From: Podarcis vaucheri
Taxonomy: Eukaryota
DNA length: 64,000 nt
NCBI GenBank assembly: GCA_965113315.1
Contig: OZ220364.1
Reading direction: 5' to 3' (one strand)
Position 1 is the stretch's first letter; the number at the start of each line of letters is the position of its first letter. Below, piece by piece: positions 49,096-60,581 of this stretch. The notes under the pieces were generated by a model. That model saw nothing but the letters and a program-made list of their open reading frames with translations. It was not told where the DNA came from and made no database searches. The position numbers and the translations under genes are program-made.

Positions 49096-49639
49096 TGTCT
49101 AGTACTGAGCTATTACTTCTCTTGATCTGGATATTATGGGTCTTTGAAGGGTGCAGAAAAGCATAACAGCTCATGTATTTGCTTGGAAGTAGGTTCCACT
49201 GAATTCAATGAGCTTTACTCCTACTCCTTGAATGAAAGGCTTAGCCTCAATCAGACTGAGGGACTGGAATCCATGTGGAAAGCTGACCAGGTTCCTAAAC
49301 CAGACCTGGAATGGGACCCCATTTATTTCACCAGCCTATAAGAAACACGTCAGCAGCAGCCCCTTGTAAACCATCCCTAAAAGCTGTACACAGATGGCAC
49401 CTTACTCCAGTAAAACTCATCATGTAAGCAAGTATTTCTCCCTTATATGTTGTAGTTGGTACAATGAGCATGAGTGTGTGTGTGTGTTTCTCTCTCTTTC
49501 AAATGTTCCATGATAGAATAGGTTTTTGGCGTTGTCTCAGATACCGTGCAGCAACTGATACACCTAGACCCAATGTTGGCACTGTTATCAGTCTTTTGGA
49601 ACCTTCACGATCAATTCCCATATGAGGAAGCTATAAGGA

Positions 49640-49835
49640 AAGGCTGTAGCTCAAGGGCAGAGCAACTGCTTTGCATGCAGAAGGTCCCAGGTTCAATCCC
49701 TAGGATCTACAAGGAGGGTGGGGAAAGAACCCTGCATGAAACTCTGAGGAGCCGCTGCCAGTCAGTGTAGACAACATTGAGCTAGATGGACAGATAGGTC
49801 TGACTCAGTATAAAACAGCTTCCTATGTTCCTATG
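49640..49835 (+). mobile_element. tRNA-derived squamate SINE (related copies at ~9545, 28640, 39065, 54330-54910, 60640)
   Basis: A-box gtagctcaagggcagagc, B-box ggttcaatccc, tail cagcttcctatgttcctatg. Confidence 0.85.
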
Positions 49836-50145
49836 TTATTCCTGCTCGTAGCAGCAAGAATGGAAATGGCTAAACACTGGAAGAACCCCCTGGAATGCAC
49901 AGGTTAGAGCTTATTTAAGAGAACCTGGCAAATACGGTACCATTAGTGGAAAAACTAACAGTAGACCACAAGAGGCCTAACGAAACGGGATATTTTCCTA
50001 GACACACGGGTCCTATTTCTCATGCATATCAGCAAAGTGATTTCTAAGTTTCACCCCTCATTGCATCCCATTCCGCCTGACTCTTATCTGATTTGTGATA
50101 ACCATATACTGGAAACTTTTCTCTACTTTTCTCAGTTCCTTTTTA

Positions 50146-50591
50146 AAAAATAAGTTTTTATTGGGTTTTATAAACAAAGATAATAGGAATACTAAATGAT
50201 ACAAATAAATAGACCAAGTGCCATGCCATTTGCTGATCACAAAAATAGCACAGTAAATTTGCAGTAATACCTACAACACATTACTAGTGGCCAGTGTATA
50301 AGTTTTTGGTTCATGAATTGATTTAAACAATAACAATAACAAAGGGGAAACAGGATAGAACAGTTAACGGATAGCATTCAATATCACATAGCCAAACACC
50401 TAATCAGGAGTCCTTGTGGTTGTGCTTAGATTAAGTATGAGTAATAATCATTTTTCCTCTTATGTTACCAATGAAACAATATAAAGTGTTGGTATAATAA
50501 TGAACATGGGAGTCAGGGTTCAAGTGAAGATAATAATTTATGTTTAAATATAAATCAACCCAATTGATTAAAACACTGATGGGGGAAATTG
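50146..50591 (-). mobile_element. Retro-insertion (probable L1 3' UTR) with 19-bp TSD
   Basis: Direct repeat ttttctcagttccttttta at 50127-50145 and 50592-50610. Minus-strand AATAAA near the left end. Confidence 0.75.
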
Positions 50592-51175
50592 TTTTCTCAG
50601 TTCCTTTTTATTATTATTTACATTTCCATGCTATTTACTTGCATTACATGTTTTCAAAAACCAATAAAAACACTGCCTCCCAAAAAGGCAACTAACTCTT
50701 ATATAAGTGTGCCAAAGGTTGGGCTGTAAAGATGGCTTCATTTAAGTCAAGGCAATTTTAAATCACTGGTCTAACTCACCATTAAATTAAATGAGACCAA
50801 TTTCAATAATTGATTTCAACCAAGGTTTCCCATTTCAGTGCACTGAGCAAACATGCATACTAATTTGTTGCTATAACAATGAACACATATTGGTCTGCAA
50901 CATATTTCAAAAGCGGTGATTCCGCAGCCCACATGACTTTTGCACTGTGGGGACTAATATATAATATTTGGTTAGAGACACGGGGAGGTGGGAGCACAAA
51001 TGCAAAATGACAACAGCAACCGAGTCCAATTTTGCTTTCTCTGTGAACCAAGACCACTTTGGGTGAAACTACCAAGTTACATGTTGGAGGAGGGGAGGAC
51101 TTTTTGTACATGGCAGCCACTAAAGCTACCATTTGAAACACCAGCTCAGAATAAATATTTTAAACTTATCCTGCA

Positions 51176-51318
51176 ATAGGTCAATCGGCAGAGCATGAGA
51201 CAATCTCAGGGTCTCGGGTTCGAGCCCCACGTTGGGCAAAAGGGTTCTTGCATTGCAGGGGGTTGGATTAGATGACCCTCGTGCTCCCTTCCAACTCAGC
51301 AGTTCTATGATTCTCTGA
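51176..51318 (+). mobile_element. tRNA-Lys(CTT)-derived SINE with CR1-type tail
   Basis: cggcagagcatgagac..aatctcagggtctcgggttcgagccccacgttgggc joined to gcagggggttggattagatga...ttctatgattct. Confidence 0.85.
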
Positions 51319-52706
51319 TTAGCAAGGGGATGGCAGACTAAAAGAAAGAAAAAGGGGCAGTCACCTTTCTGTCATTTATGGCTACGTTGTCCACAGATAT
51401 CAAACACAGATTTAGGTTAGAGTGGGGCCCTGGACTGAAGACACACACTTTTACCTGACTTTAACAACACAGGTTTCTATAGGGCGGTCTTTCACCTAAA
51501 GCCCCCTGAACTGATTAATCAAATCAATATGCACGAGACTATAAAACAATATATTTCAACAAGGGGGGATGGAGCCCAGGCTTTTGTGTGTGTTCTGAAA
51601 TGGCGGGTGCCATCCTAGAGGAAGCCTCCGAAATAAGGACAAAAGTGGGCTGCCTCTTCTACGACGGTAATTGGCACCTGCTGTTATTACCATTTAATGA
51701 TCGATACTTATATTAAATTAATTTGCATTATTGGGGAATGTCTTTTTAGTCAGCCAGAGAGTGTTTCAGTGGATTAATTGAGCTGACTGTTGTTTTTTGA
51801 GAGGCAGGGCAATGCCTCCTCTTAACATCAAGAGCCTGCCCTCCTCAATATTTTCTTGTATTTTTGCTCCACTCTTTGGACAGGCTCACTTTGCAGCCAC
51901 ATCCAGCTTCCCCGTGGCTGCTGATGGGCAAACTTCTGGGAATCTACAGGTCTTAAGCTCTGCCTCCTTCCTTTCCAGACCAACTGCTGGAGCCCTCCAG
52001 GTCAGAACTGGGCAGGCCAGGAGGGGGAAGGCATTAGCAGGAGACCTGCTGTGGCCTCAGAAGCTTGGCCAGCTGGTTTGCTTCATGCCAGCACCCAGAC
52101 CCCATCAAATGCAGGCTGTCACCAGAGCTGTGATCCTCAGCAAGCACTCAGCACTGTGATCACAGCATCCCCTCACACCCCAGTAAGAGCTCTGCGATGG
52201 GAGGGTGTGGGGCCAGCCCTTTAGCAACAAGATACGGCAAGAGAACCGACCGGAATGTCTACAAATACTGATGACTTCCCAGGCTGGGTTCTTCAAGCAC
52301 CCACTTCCTAAGCCACAGGATGTGGGGAGCATCACAGCTTTGTCTTTGACTCAATGTTGATCCTCCACACACAGCCTCTTGAGCAAGAGGCTGTCTGTTT
52401 CTTAAGGAGAAGGGAGCACAGATGTGTGGCCCGTTGTTCAGCTCCTGCTCCCGCGTCATTGGGAGCCAATAGTAACTGAGCAATTGCATTGTTGTGTGGA
52501 ACTCCCATTGTCACCTGCTGAAACTAAGGCAGGTCTTGCCCTGAAAGTTACCTCCTGTATGGGAAACGTGCCCAGGGAGCTGTGCAAAAGCCGCTCTCAT
52601 CTCTTCAGGTAGGCGTATAAGAAGTATGAGGAATAAACAGTGCTATTTTTCTAGAAATAGAGGTGTTGGAATTCACCCTTGCACTCTTATAATGGCAACG
52701 GTGCCC

Positions 52707-52902
52707 CTACATATAGTAAGTAAAATAGAAACATTGCCACCTGACTCCACCCCTACCCATCTTTCCCCCCCTCTACCTCCTTCCCCCTTTTCTTCCTAAT
52801 GTCTCAACAAATGAAACTGATTTGTAAAAATGTTATAGGGGGGGGGGATACGAGAGAGAGACATTGCACACACTTTTGTAAATCAACAAAATCTTTAATA
52901 AA

Positions 52903-52939
<37 letters not shown>
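52707..52939 (+). mobile_element. Probable L1 3' end with (AAT)n tail, nested in a hAT-like element (~52640-53002)
   Basis: 18-bp TSD ataatggcaacggtgccc at 52689-52706 and 52940-52957. AATAAA precedes the tail. Confidence 0.75.
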
Positions 52940-52945
<6 letters not shown>

Positions 52946-54469
52946 GCAACGGTGCCCACCTGAGAGGTGCCGGAACAGAGTTCCAGCTGAAGAAAAAGCC
53001 CTGGAAATAAATTATAACAACTCCTAACTTCACATACTTGGTTGTTGTTGTTTCTTCCAGTTACACTTGTGTAATTAATCCTCCAATATCCAGCATGTTA
53101 ATGATTGTAGTCAATGGACATGTGTGTGAAAGAGCAGGTCTATTTGGGCCCAGGCCACAAAAAACTTCCCTCCGATCTCTTCTTTCACCACTTGTACTTT
53201 CAACAGAAACTTCATTGCCACGTTGGCAGTAGCAGAGGTGGCTAAAGCGAAATTGCCAGAAGGAGCCAAATTAACGCAACTTAAATGAAATTAACACACA
53301 CTCTGACAAGCCAGCAACATGACACACTGATTATTGCATCCCAATAGCAATTAACACTTAATAAAGCATCTCTCATCTAGAGGCAGCCATGCAATTTTCA
53401 GAGGGGGAAGGGAAGCACTTCCTTGAGCAAATAATTAATCTGCTGAGAGGAGAAAGCACAGTCTACGGAAGCAACCTTGTTTGTACCTTTCTGGGAGCAA
53501 GACCCCTTGGAAAAAGCGGGGCTTGCTTCTGAGGAATCACAACGCAAATGAATTATGACCCCTAAATCTGAACACACACAAATAAATACCATTTGAAATC
53601 ATGAAGTGGCAATAATAAATCAAAGGAACACAAGTAGTGCATTGTTATCAGAGAACTTCAGTTTCCCCAGTTCTGTTTTACGGAGCCAATGTTCTCTTCT
53701 GAGTTTTCATTTCAACTCTTACTTTAAAAAAATAAAATAAATAAAATAAAAATCTTATGCCTCGCTGGAGCTGCTGAAGAAGCAGGCTGGACCAGGTTTG
53801 AGAGCTACTGCTTCATTAAAGAAACCATAAGGAGGAGGGGGGATTGCTGTGGAAGCAGCATCCGGTGGTGGCCCATGCTCTGAGCACGTTCCTGGTTTTA
53901 TTGCACACACCTCCTCAATAGCTCATTCAAACATTTTTAAGGGTTATTTCAACCTTGTTGTTCTTCTAATAGTTTGCACCAGGGGGCGCTAGACTCAGGC
54001 TGAACGAACCAAGTAATTCTTTAAAGCAAAAACCTCATCCGTCAGTCACAATGGTCCCTGGGAAAAAGCCTCCTGTTTTGATGTAACATAGGAAGAATGT
54101 GACGCTAGTTTGGTTGTCCCCTAGAAGTGGTTTGCTCCTGAGATGGCATGACTGCTGGTCCTGCCAACAAGGAAACCAGTGCCTTCTCTATGTGCTTACA
54201 AAGGGGATTACAGCAGTTGAATACTGGAATACAAGTACGGAGCCATTGACAGTCATGGGTGCTTAGGACAGACTAAAACTGGGTTTAATAGACGCAGCTT
54301 CTCTAAATCAGGGAGATCCCTAGAAAACAGGGAAGTAAGCAGCTCAGTGGCAGGGCATCTGCCTGGCATGAAGAAGTTTCAAGTCCCAGCATTTCCAGGT
54401 AGGGCTGGGAATGTCCTCTTTCTGAAACCCTGGAAGGCTGCTGCCAGTCGGCGTTGATGGTGATGATTA

Positions 54470-54843
54470 TTTATGATTTATACACCGTCAATCTGCCTAG
54501 GTTGCCCCAGCCACTCAGGGTGGCTTCCAACAAATTATAAAGTCACAGTAAAACTTCAGACATTAAAAAACCTCACTATACAGGGCTTCCTTCAAAAATC
54601 AGATAGTTGTTTATTTCCTTGACATCTGACGGGAGGGCGTTGCACAGGGCGGGGGCCACTACTGAGAAGGCCCTCTGCCTGGTTCCCTGTGTGTTGGGTT
54701 GAAATAAACCTCACTTCTTGCAGTGAGGGTGTGGGAATGCACAGAGGGAACCACCAGAAGGCCCTCAGAGCTAGATCTCAGTGTCCGGGCTGAACGATGG
54801 GGTGGTGATGCTTCTTCTTCAGGTATACAAGGCCGAAGCCTTT
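54470..54843 (-). mobile_element. L2 3' fragment splitting a SINE (SINE head 54331-54455, tail 54845-54910)
   Basis: Minus-strand ARTLRSSSEGLLVVP and RAFSVVAP motifs. The SINE halves are collinear with the 49640 copy. Confidence 0.8.
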
Positions 54844-57082
54844 TAGACAGTAGTGAGCTTGACGGACCAATGGTCTGACTTAGTATAAGGCAGCTTCCTG
54901 TGTTCCTATGTAAATCAAGGGTGGCCAAGGTGTGGCACTCAAAATCTTGTTGGACTCCTACTCCTACCAACCTCAGGCAGCATGGCTGATGATCAGGGAA
55001 GATAGAAACTGTAGTGCAGCAGGATCTGAAGCGCCACAACTTCCCAACTCCCGTTGTAAATGCTCCCCAGAACCACATTCCCATTATCCTGGCAAATGGA
55101 GGCCTTTGCTGCGATAACATCTATCTCAGCCTACACAGTCTCACCTACCATAATTGCTTTTTTAAGTGTTCTGTTACAGAGGCTGCATACGTAAAGCCAG
55201 ATTATAAATCAACTGCATGCTTGATCAATGTACTGTGAAGGCAAATCCTCACAACACAGGCAACAGAGAGTTGATGCAGAGGACTCCAGGTGCTCCACTT
55301 GCTTTCAGGAGCTCACACACTGTGCACAGAGTGGGTATATCTGAACAGTTTGTGGCAGTATCGCTACTGACACAAGCAGCCTGTGACAAACTCATTGGAG
55401 CCTGGATTTCAGGTAAGCAGATGCCAAGTTCATCTGTCAGGAACACAATGTTCTGTTGCAGCTTTCCTCAGGTGGGGGGGGGCACATAAATCCCCCTCCA
55501 TGTCTTTTTATTTTTATTTTTAGGCAGCATTTCTCAACCTGTGGGGCAAAGCCTGTGAAAGTGGGGTGCAGGGTTTATAAGTAAACTCCAAATAATAATT
55601 GCTTGTAATCCATAACTATACCTCTTATGACTTTCTGATTCGTTAGCATAGTGTAATGTTCCATTAACACTTGTAACTGAATGTCAAGAAGGCTCGAGTC
55701 TTACATTCTGACCCTGGGGCACTGTTGTCTGGGGGCAGAGAAGACCTATGATCCCAAATTCATGTGACAATAAAGCAATAGGTCATCGTACCAAGTAAAT
55801 TTGGGCTTGTGGGTTACCACACCAACAAAGTTGGGAACCTCTGCCTTGAGCAATGGAAGCAGATATTGCACAAGTTTCATAGTGGCAAAATTCCACAATA
55901 CCTTCATGCTACTTGTATGGTTGGGAAATGATGCCATCTGCTGGCAAATAGACTGAACTGAAGAACATAAAAGTCAAGCGGAACAAAGCCCTCACTCTCC
56001 ATTCTTCCCAGATGGTGCTTATCAACACCGATATCGTTTCTTTCATTATCATTACTTCATCCGGCTTCTGGGTTGTCTCCCTTCTCCTGCTCAGTCCTCA
56101 GTAAACCTGGCTGAAGTTTCAAGCAAGGGCATGCCCTACCTACCAGCCTAAGGTGTAGCAAATGAAGCAAAGAAGGTACCGTAGATCTGCTAAATGTTGG
56201 TCTCCACTTCTTCCTCCATCCACCACATCCTTATGTATGATTCTTCACTACTAAATTTCAGTGATAATAAAGCGCACACAGGCTACTAGTCCCTGACATT
56301 TCTCCTTAACCCGTGGGATTAGTCTTAGCTCCTATTACTTATTACAACACAGAAGGTAGGGCTGTAGGTATCATGGCGTTCTTATTTGATCTGCCATCTT
56401 AAGGGAAACTGAGAACAAACAGAAATGTAGTCCCAATACTACCAGGGCCATCCCAGTTCATTCCGCTGAAGGAGAGTTGCTTCCTGCTGAATTTAGTCCC
56501 CTTATTTCACCACCAAACTTGCACCCTGCTTGACATGATAGAACTGGAAACATTTCCTGTCCCCCCGCCCCCCAGTGTCAGAGGTGGAGGGGTGTCGGTG
56601 TTGTTGAGAGGGTGATAGCTCTCAATGGCTTTTCCATCTGTTGATTTAAAGGGTCAAAAGTCAACACCTAGTAACATCCTGAACGGAAACAGAAATAAAA
56701 ACAAGGACTGAACTTGGTGCGTGGGGTCAATGGGGTCAGGGCTACAAATAATAACTTCCTGCACCCAGCGCATGGTCAGAGAAAGTGCTCGCCAACAGAT
56801 TAATGACCAATGACATCTGCCTTTGTCCCTCCTGCTGCAAATATTAGTGCCATAGACTCTGGGAATAAGTCTCATATCTCTCTCCTGGGCATTGCCATTG
56901 CCCGTCTGGTGGAACACCAAACCTTTCCACCATTGGATGCATGAAAAATATTTTGTTTCTCCACACCCAATAACATAGGAAACTGACTTTCCCCCAGGCA
57001 AATGAAATAGGCCTTTTAGATCAGTGTTCTGTGGCAGAGGCTTTTTTCAAGATTTCAGCCTACTTGGAGACACCAGGATTTG

Positions 57083-59466
57083 TTTTTTTTAATGATATTT
57101 ATTACTTTTTCAACATTTTCAACACAACACTACAAACAAAAAAGAAAAGAGAAAAAACAATACAAATACAATACAAAAACGCTACATGGACTAACAAAAC
57201 AAAGCAAAAACCAACAAAAACAATTTAAAAACACCTCAAACATTTTCAATATCTTATATTTCATTCACTTATTTCCAGCGACCTCCTCACACCTCCCTTT
57301 TTGTATTCCACTTCTATTAATTGTTTCAGCAATTCCTTTCCATCTTACTCTGTTTTCTATCCTATAATTATCTTAACACATTCTTGCCTTATTTTTCCTT
57401 TAATTTTCTATTAATCTATTTATACTTAATTCCTTATGACATTTCTACTAAAGCCATATAACTTCATTCCAACATTTTTCTAACATTCCTTAATTTTACA
57501 ATATTTCTATTAATAGTCTTTAAACTTTTTCCAATCTTCTTCCACCAACTCTTCTCCCTGGTCTCGGATCTTGCCAGTCATTTCCGCCAATTCCATATAG
57601 TCCATCAACTTCGTCTGTCATTGTCCAACACTTCAGTGTTTTCAAGAAGTAGCCATTCTCTCAACCAGCAAAAGCAGATGGTTCACAATGAAATTTAAAG
57701 GTCTGGCAGGGCAGATCCACCTCCTTCTTTGGCATCCATCAATATCTTAAGTTTTACTCGAGGCTTCCTGCCCTGCCAAACAACTCTAAAAACGTCCCTC
57801 TGCCACCTCCTGAAACAATCCATCCCATCCAAAGCTTGCAATGTTTGAAACAAAAGCAACATCCCCAGCAACACAGCAGCCCTCATCCCCACCGCAGTAA
57901 CTCGGCCCAACAGTAACAACTTCTGATTTGTCCATATTTCCAAATCCCCCTTCTCTTCAATCCAACATCCTTCACAGTTATCCTTAAACAGATTCACATT
58001 TTTGGCGGTCATACTAACCCCCAAATACCTCTCTTTCTCAACCAATGTTAGTCCTGTCGCATCCTGAAACTCTGTCAAGCTTTGCTTTCCTTTTCCAGTT
58101 CAGATAGGGCTCTGGTCCTCAAATTCATCTGTTCTTCTTTAAGTTCAATCATAACGAATGTCAGCTTATGTTCATCAGGTTGTCTTTGTATGGATGGGAC
58201 TCTCCTCTCCAGTTGTATTGCTTCAGATTCAGCAGCAAGGGTTTTTTCCCTGACTTCATCTGCCGTTTGCCGTATCAGAGTAGATTCCTGTGTCAGTTTC
58301 TGGGTGATTTCTGAATTGGTATTCACCTTTTGTCCCAAGTTATTTAAACTTTTTACGATTAAGTCAATTTCAATATTTGCAGCATCCATTTTCACATTTA
58401 TCATGTCTGTTTTCTTGTGAAGTTGTTCCAGCGAATCATTTATTTTCAATAATGCAGCCACTAAGGCCTCTTCTGTCGACATCCCGTCTGTTTTTTCCTT
58501 TCCGTTTGCCATAACACTTAAGAGATTCAAGGTCAATTCCAAAGTCTCACACTTTTTTATCTTGCAGCTGGAAATTCCCCTAGCCCAGCTCCTGTAAAGT
58601 AACCAATTTCAAAAGCTTCCACTAGGGGGAAACAGTTTCTATTTGTATCGGTCAGTATGTCCTCTTTTAAACACAGTTTCAATAATCCAAAGTTAGTTTC
58701 AATTTTCAGTTACTTTCCTCCTTTTTTTTTTTTTTTGAAAACAACCGGAGACAGTAGAAACAATGTATTCTCTTGTTTAGCTACCTGTCAATGAACGTTC
58801 TAAACGCTGTCAATGGACGTTCCAAAAAACACCAATCCTGCTAGCAGCCCGTTTCCAGGGTCAGAGCGGCGGTATTTTAACTCTCTTAACTCTCTCCTAC
58901 AGGCATATTCAGTCCACCACTTCCCCCCCTCTTCTCCTGTCTCCAAAGGGGGGGGGTTAGTTCTTTACCGATGGAAATTTAGTCTTTTACAAAAGGCTTT
59001 CCAAGACTTTAGCTTGCAGCCTCCTTGCTTCAGTTTATCTACAAAAGGGGGAGGCGGATTTCCTGTATTGAACCTCCCCGTTTCGATGCCAGATTAAATG
59101 TTTAAAAATCCAATTCTTCCCAATTCAGCTCTACTCACGGGTAATTACTTTAGAGTCAAATTGTCCACAGGAAAAAGTCAGTGCTCTCCGACAACAGCTA
59201 TGCGGCTTCCCTCTGTGGAAGAAGCAGGCGATTCGAAGCACCGCGCCACTCACCCCACATCGCTCCGGATCCCCGAAACCGGGTTTCCCCGCGAGTAGGG
59301 GAGGCGCAAAAGGTGCCCGCCGAATCCCACGTTCACAGGCTTCTCCCGCCTGTGATTTTTACGAGTCTCCGCCTTCGCCGTGGTGGTACAGACCCAAATT
59401 CCCACGGGGCAAATTCCTCCCGATCAGAGGAATTCAGCCATTGCCGGAGGCACCAACCCAGAAGTC
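57083..59466 (-). mobile_element. L1-clade element with both ends, internally deleted (5' UTR, ORF1 N-terminal coiled coil, two ORF2 pieces, 3' UTR, poly-A)
   Basis: 17-bp TSD ggagacaccaggatttg (57066-57082 and 59467-59483). CpG-rich 5' UTR. Coiled-coil ORF 58075-58542. YLG/LLGR/WQG.KPR/GG.ALPD ORF2 motifs and EEDWKKFKDY ORF2 end. Confidence 0.92.
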
Positions 59467-59493
59467 GGAGACACCAGGATTTGAACTTGGGAC

Positions 59494-59684
59494 CAGAGGC
59501 AGATTTAGGGCAGCGCGACCAGTTTCCTCACACTGGGCACTGAGCCTAGGGGGCACCGCAGGGCATCACAATTATGATGGTAGTGAATTGAGCAGAACAG
59601 AAGGTGAGAGGCAGGGCAGGGACACCAAATTTTGTCCTTGTACCACTGAAATTTGAAATACCAGAATCCCGCCCCCCGCCCCCG
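59494..59684. mobile_element. hAT-like element inserted in the same antisense SINE as the L1
   Basis: Starts cagaggcagattt, ends aatcccgccccc. Flanking tgggac repeat. The SINE resumes at ~59685. Confidence 0.55.
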
Positions 59685-60331
59685 CACTGGGACCTTTGTG
59701 TGTAAAACATGAGCAGTACCACTAAGTTGTAGCCATTCCCAATCTTACGTCAAAGACACTTACTGTTGACGTGTTTCCCCAACCACATGAGACATGCTCT
59801 TCTCTCCAGTGAATATAGTTCGCAATAAGAGTTGTGTGTGGGAAGGGATTGTATCACTGATGCCTGTTAGATAGTGATCAGCAACCCAGTTTGTTGCTCT
59901 CAATCCCCAGACCGTTTTACCTGGGGGTGCACAGGATAAAAATTTTAATTCTTTACTGAAAAAGTGTCCATTGTTGAGGCTGAGCTGTTGGCATTAGATC
60001 AGGGTTTAGCTCATCATGATAAGGAGGGAAATGTGTGAGTGTGTGTAATTAGATTAGAACTGAAAGATTAATTTGATGTCCATGAGAAAAGCTTTTCTCT
60101 ACCCACTTTCTCCATGCTAAGAGTGCGCTTCTGAAAACAATGCACTCTAGGGTGCATTTCTACAAAGAATTGCTTTAGCCTTTCTTGCAAAAACAAAACT
60201 CCACCAAAAAAAATGGACAAGGAAGAAAAAAACAGAGCTCCTGGAGCCTCAAATATGCTAAGGAGGAGAGAGATAACATTCAAAGCAAATTCCAAGCTAG
60301 GAACTGAGTGGCATTCTTAGTGTCTTTAGCA

Positions 60332-60581
60332 CATGGGTAGGCAAACTAAGGCCCAGGGGCCGGATCCGGCCCAATCACCTTCTAAATCTGGCTCACAGAT
60401 GGTCCAGGAATCAGTGTGTTTTTACATGAGTAGAATGTGTCCTTTTATTTAAAATGCATCTTTGGGTTATTTGTGGGGGATAGGAATTCATTCATTTTTT
60501 TCCTTCAAAATATAGTCTGGCCCCCACAAGGTCTCAGGGACAGTGGACCAGCCCCCTGCTGAAAAAGTTTGCTGACCCCTG
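60332..60581. mobile_element. hAT (Charlie-like) MITE
   Basis: TIRs catgggtaggcaaact / agtttgctgacccctg. Perfect TSD CTTTAGCA. Confidence 0.9.

Noticed and set aside
51176-51240. tRNA-Lys-like and tRNA-Ile-like sequences as real tRNA genes
   Set aside because: Disrupted stems or anticodon loop and fusion to CR1 tails identify them as SINE heads.
55990-56110. Exon-like segment with acceptor- and donor-like signals
   Set aside because: No recognisable peptide in any frame and weak splice signals.
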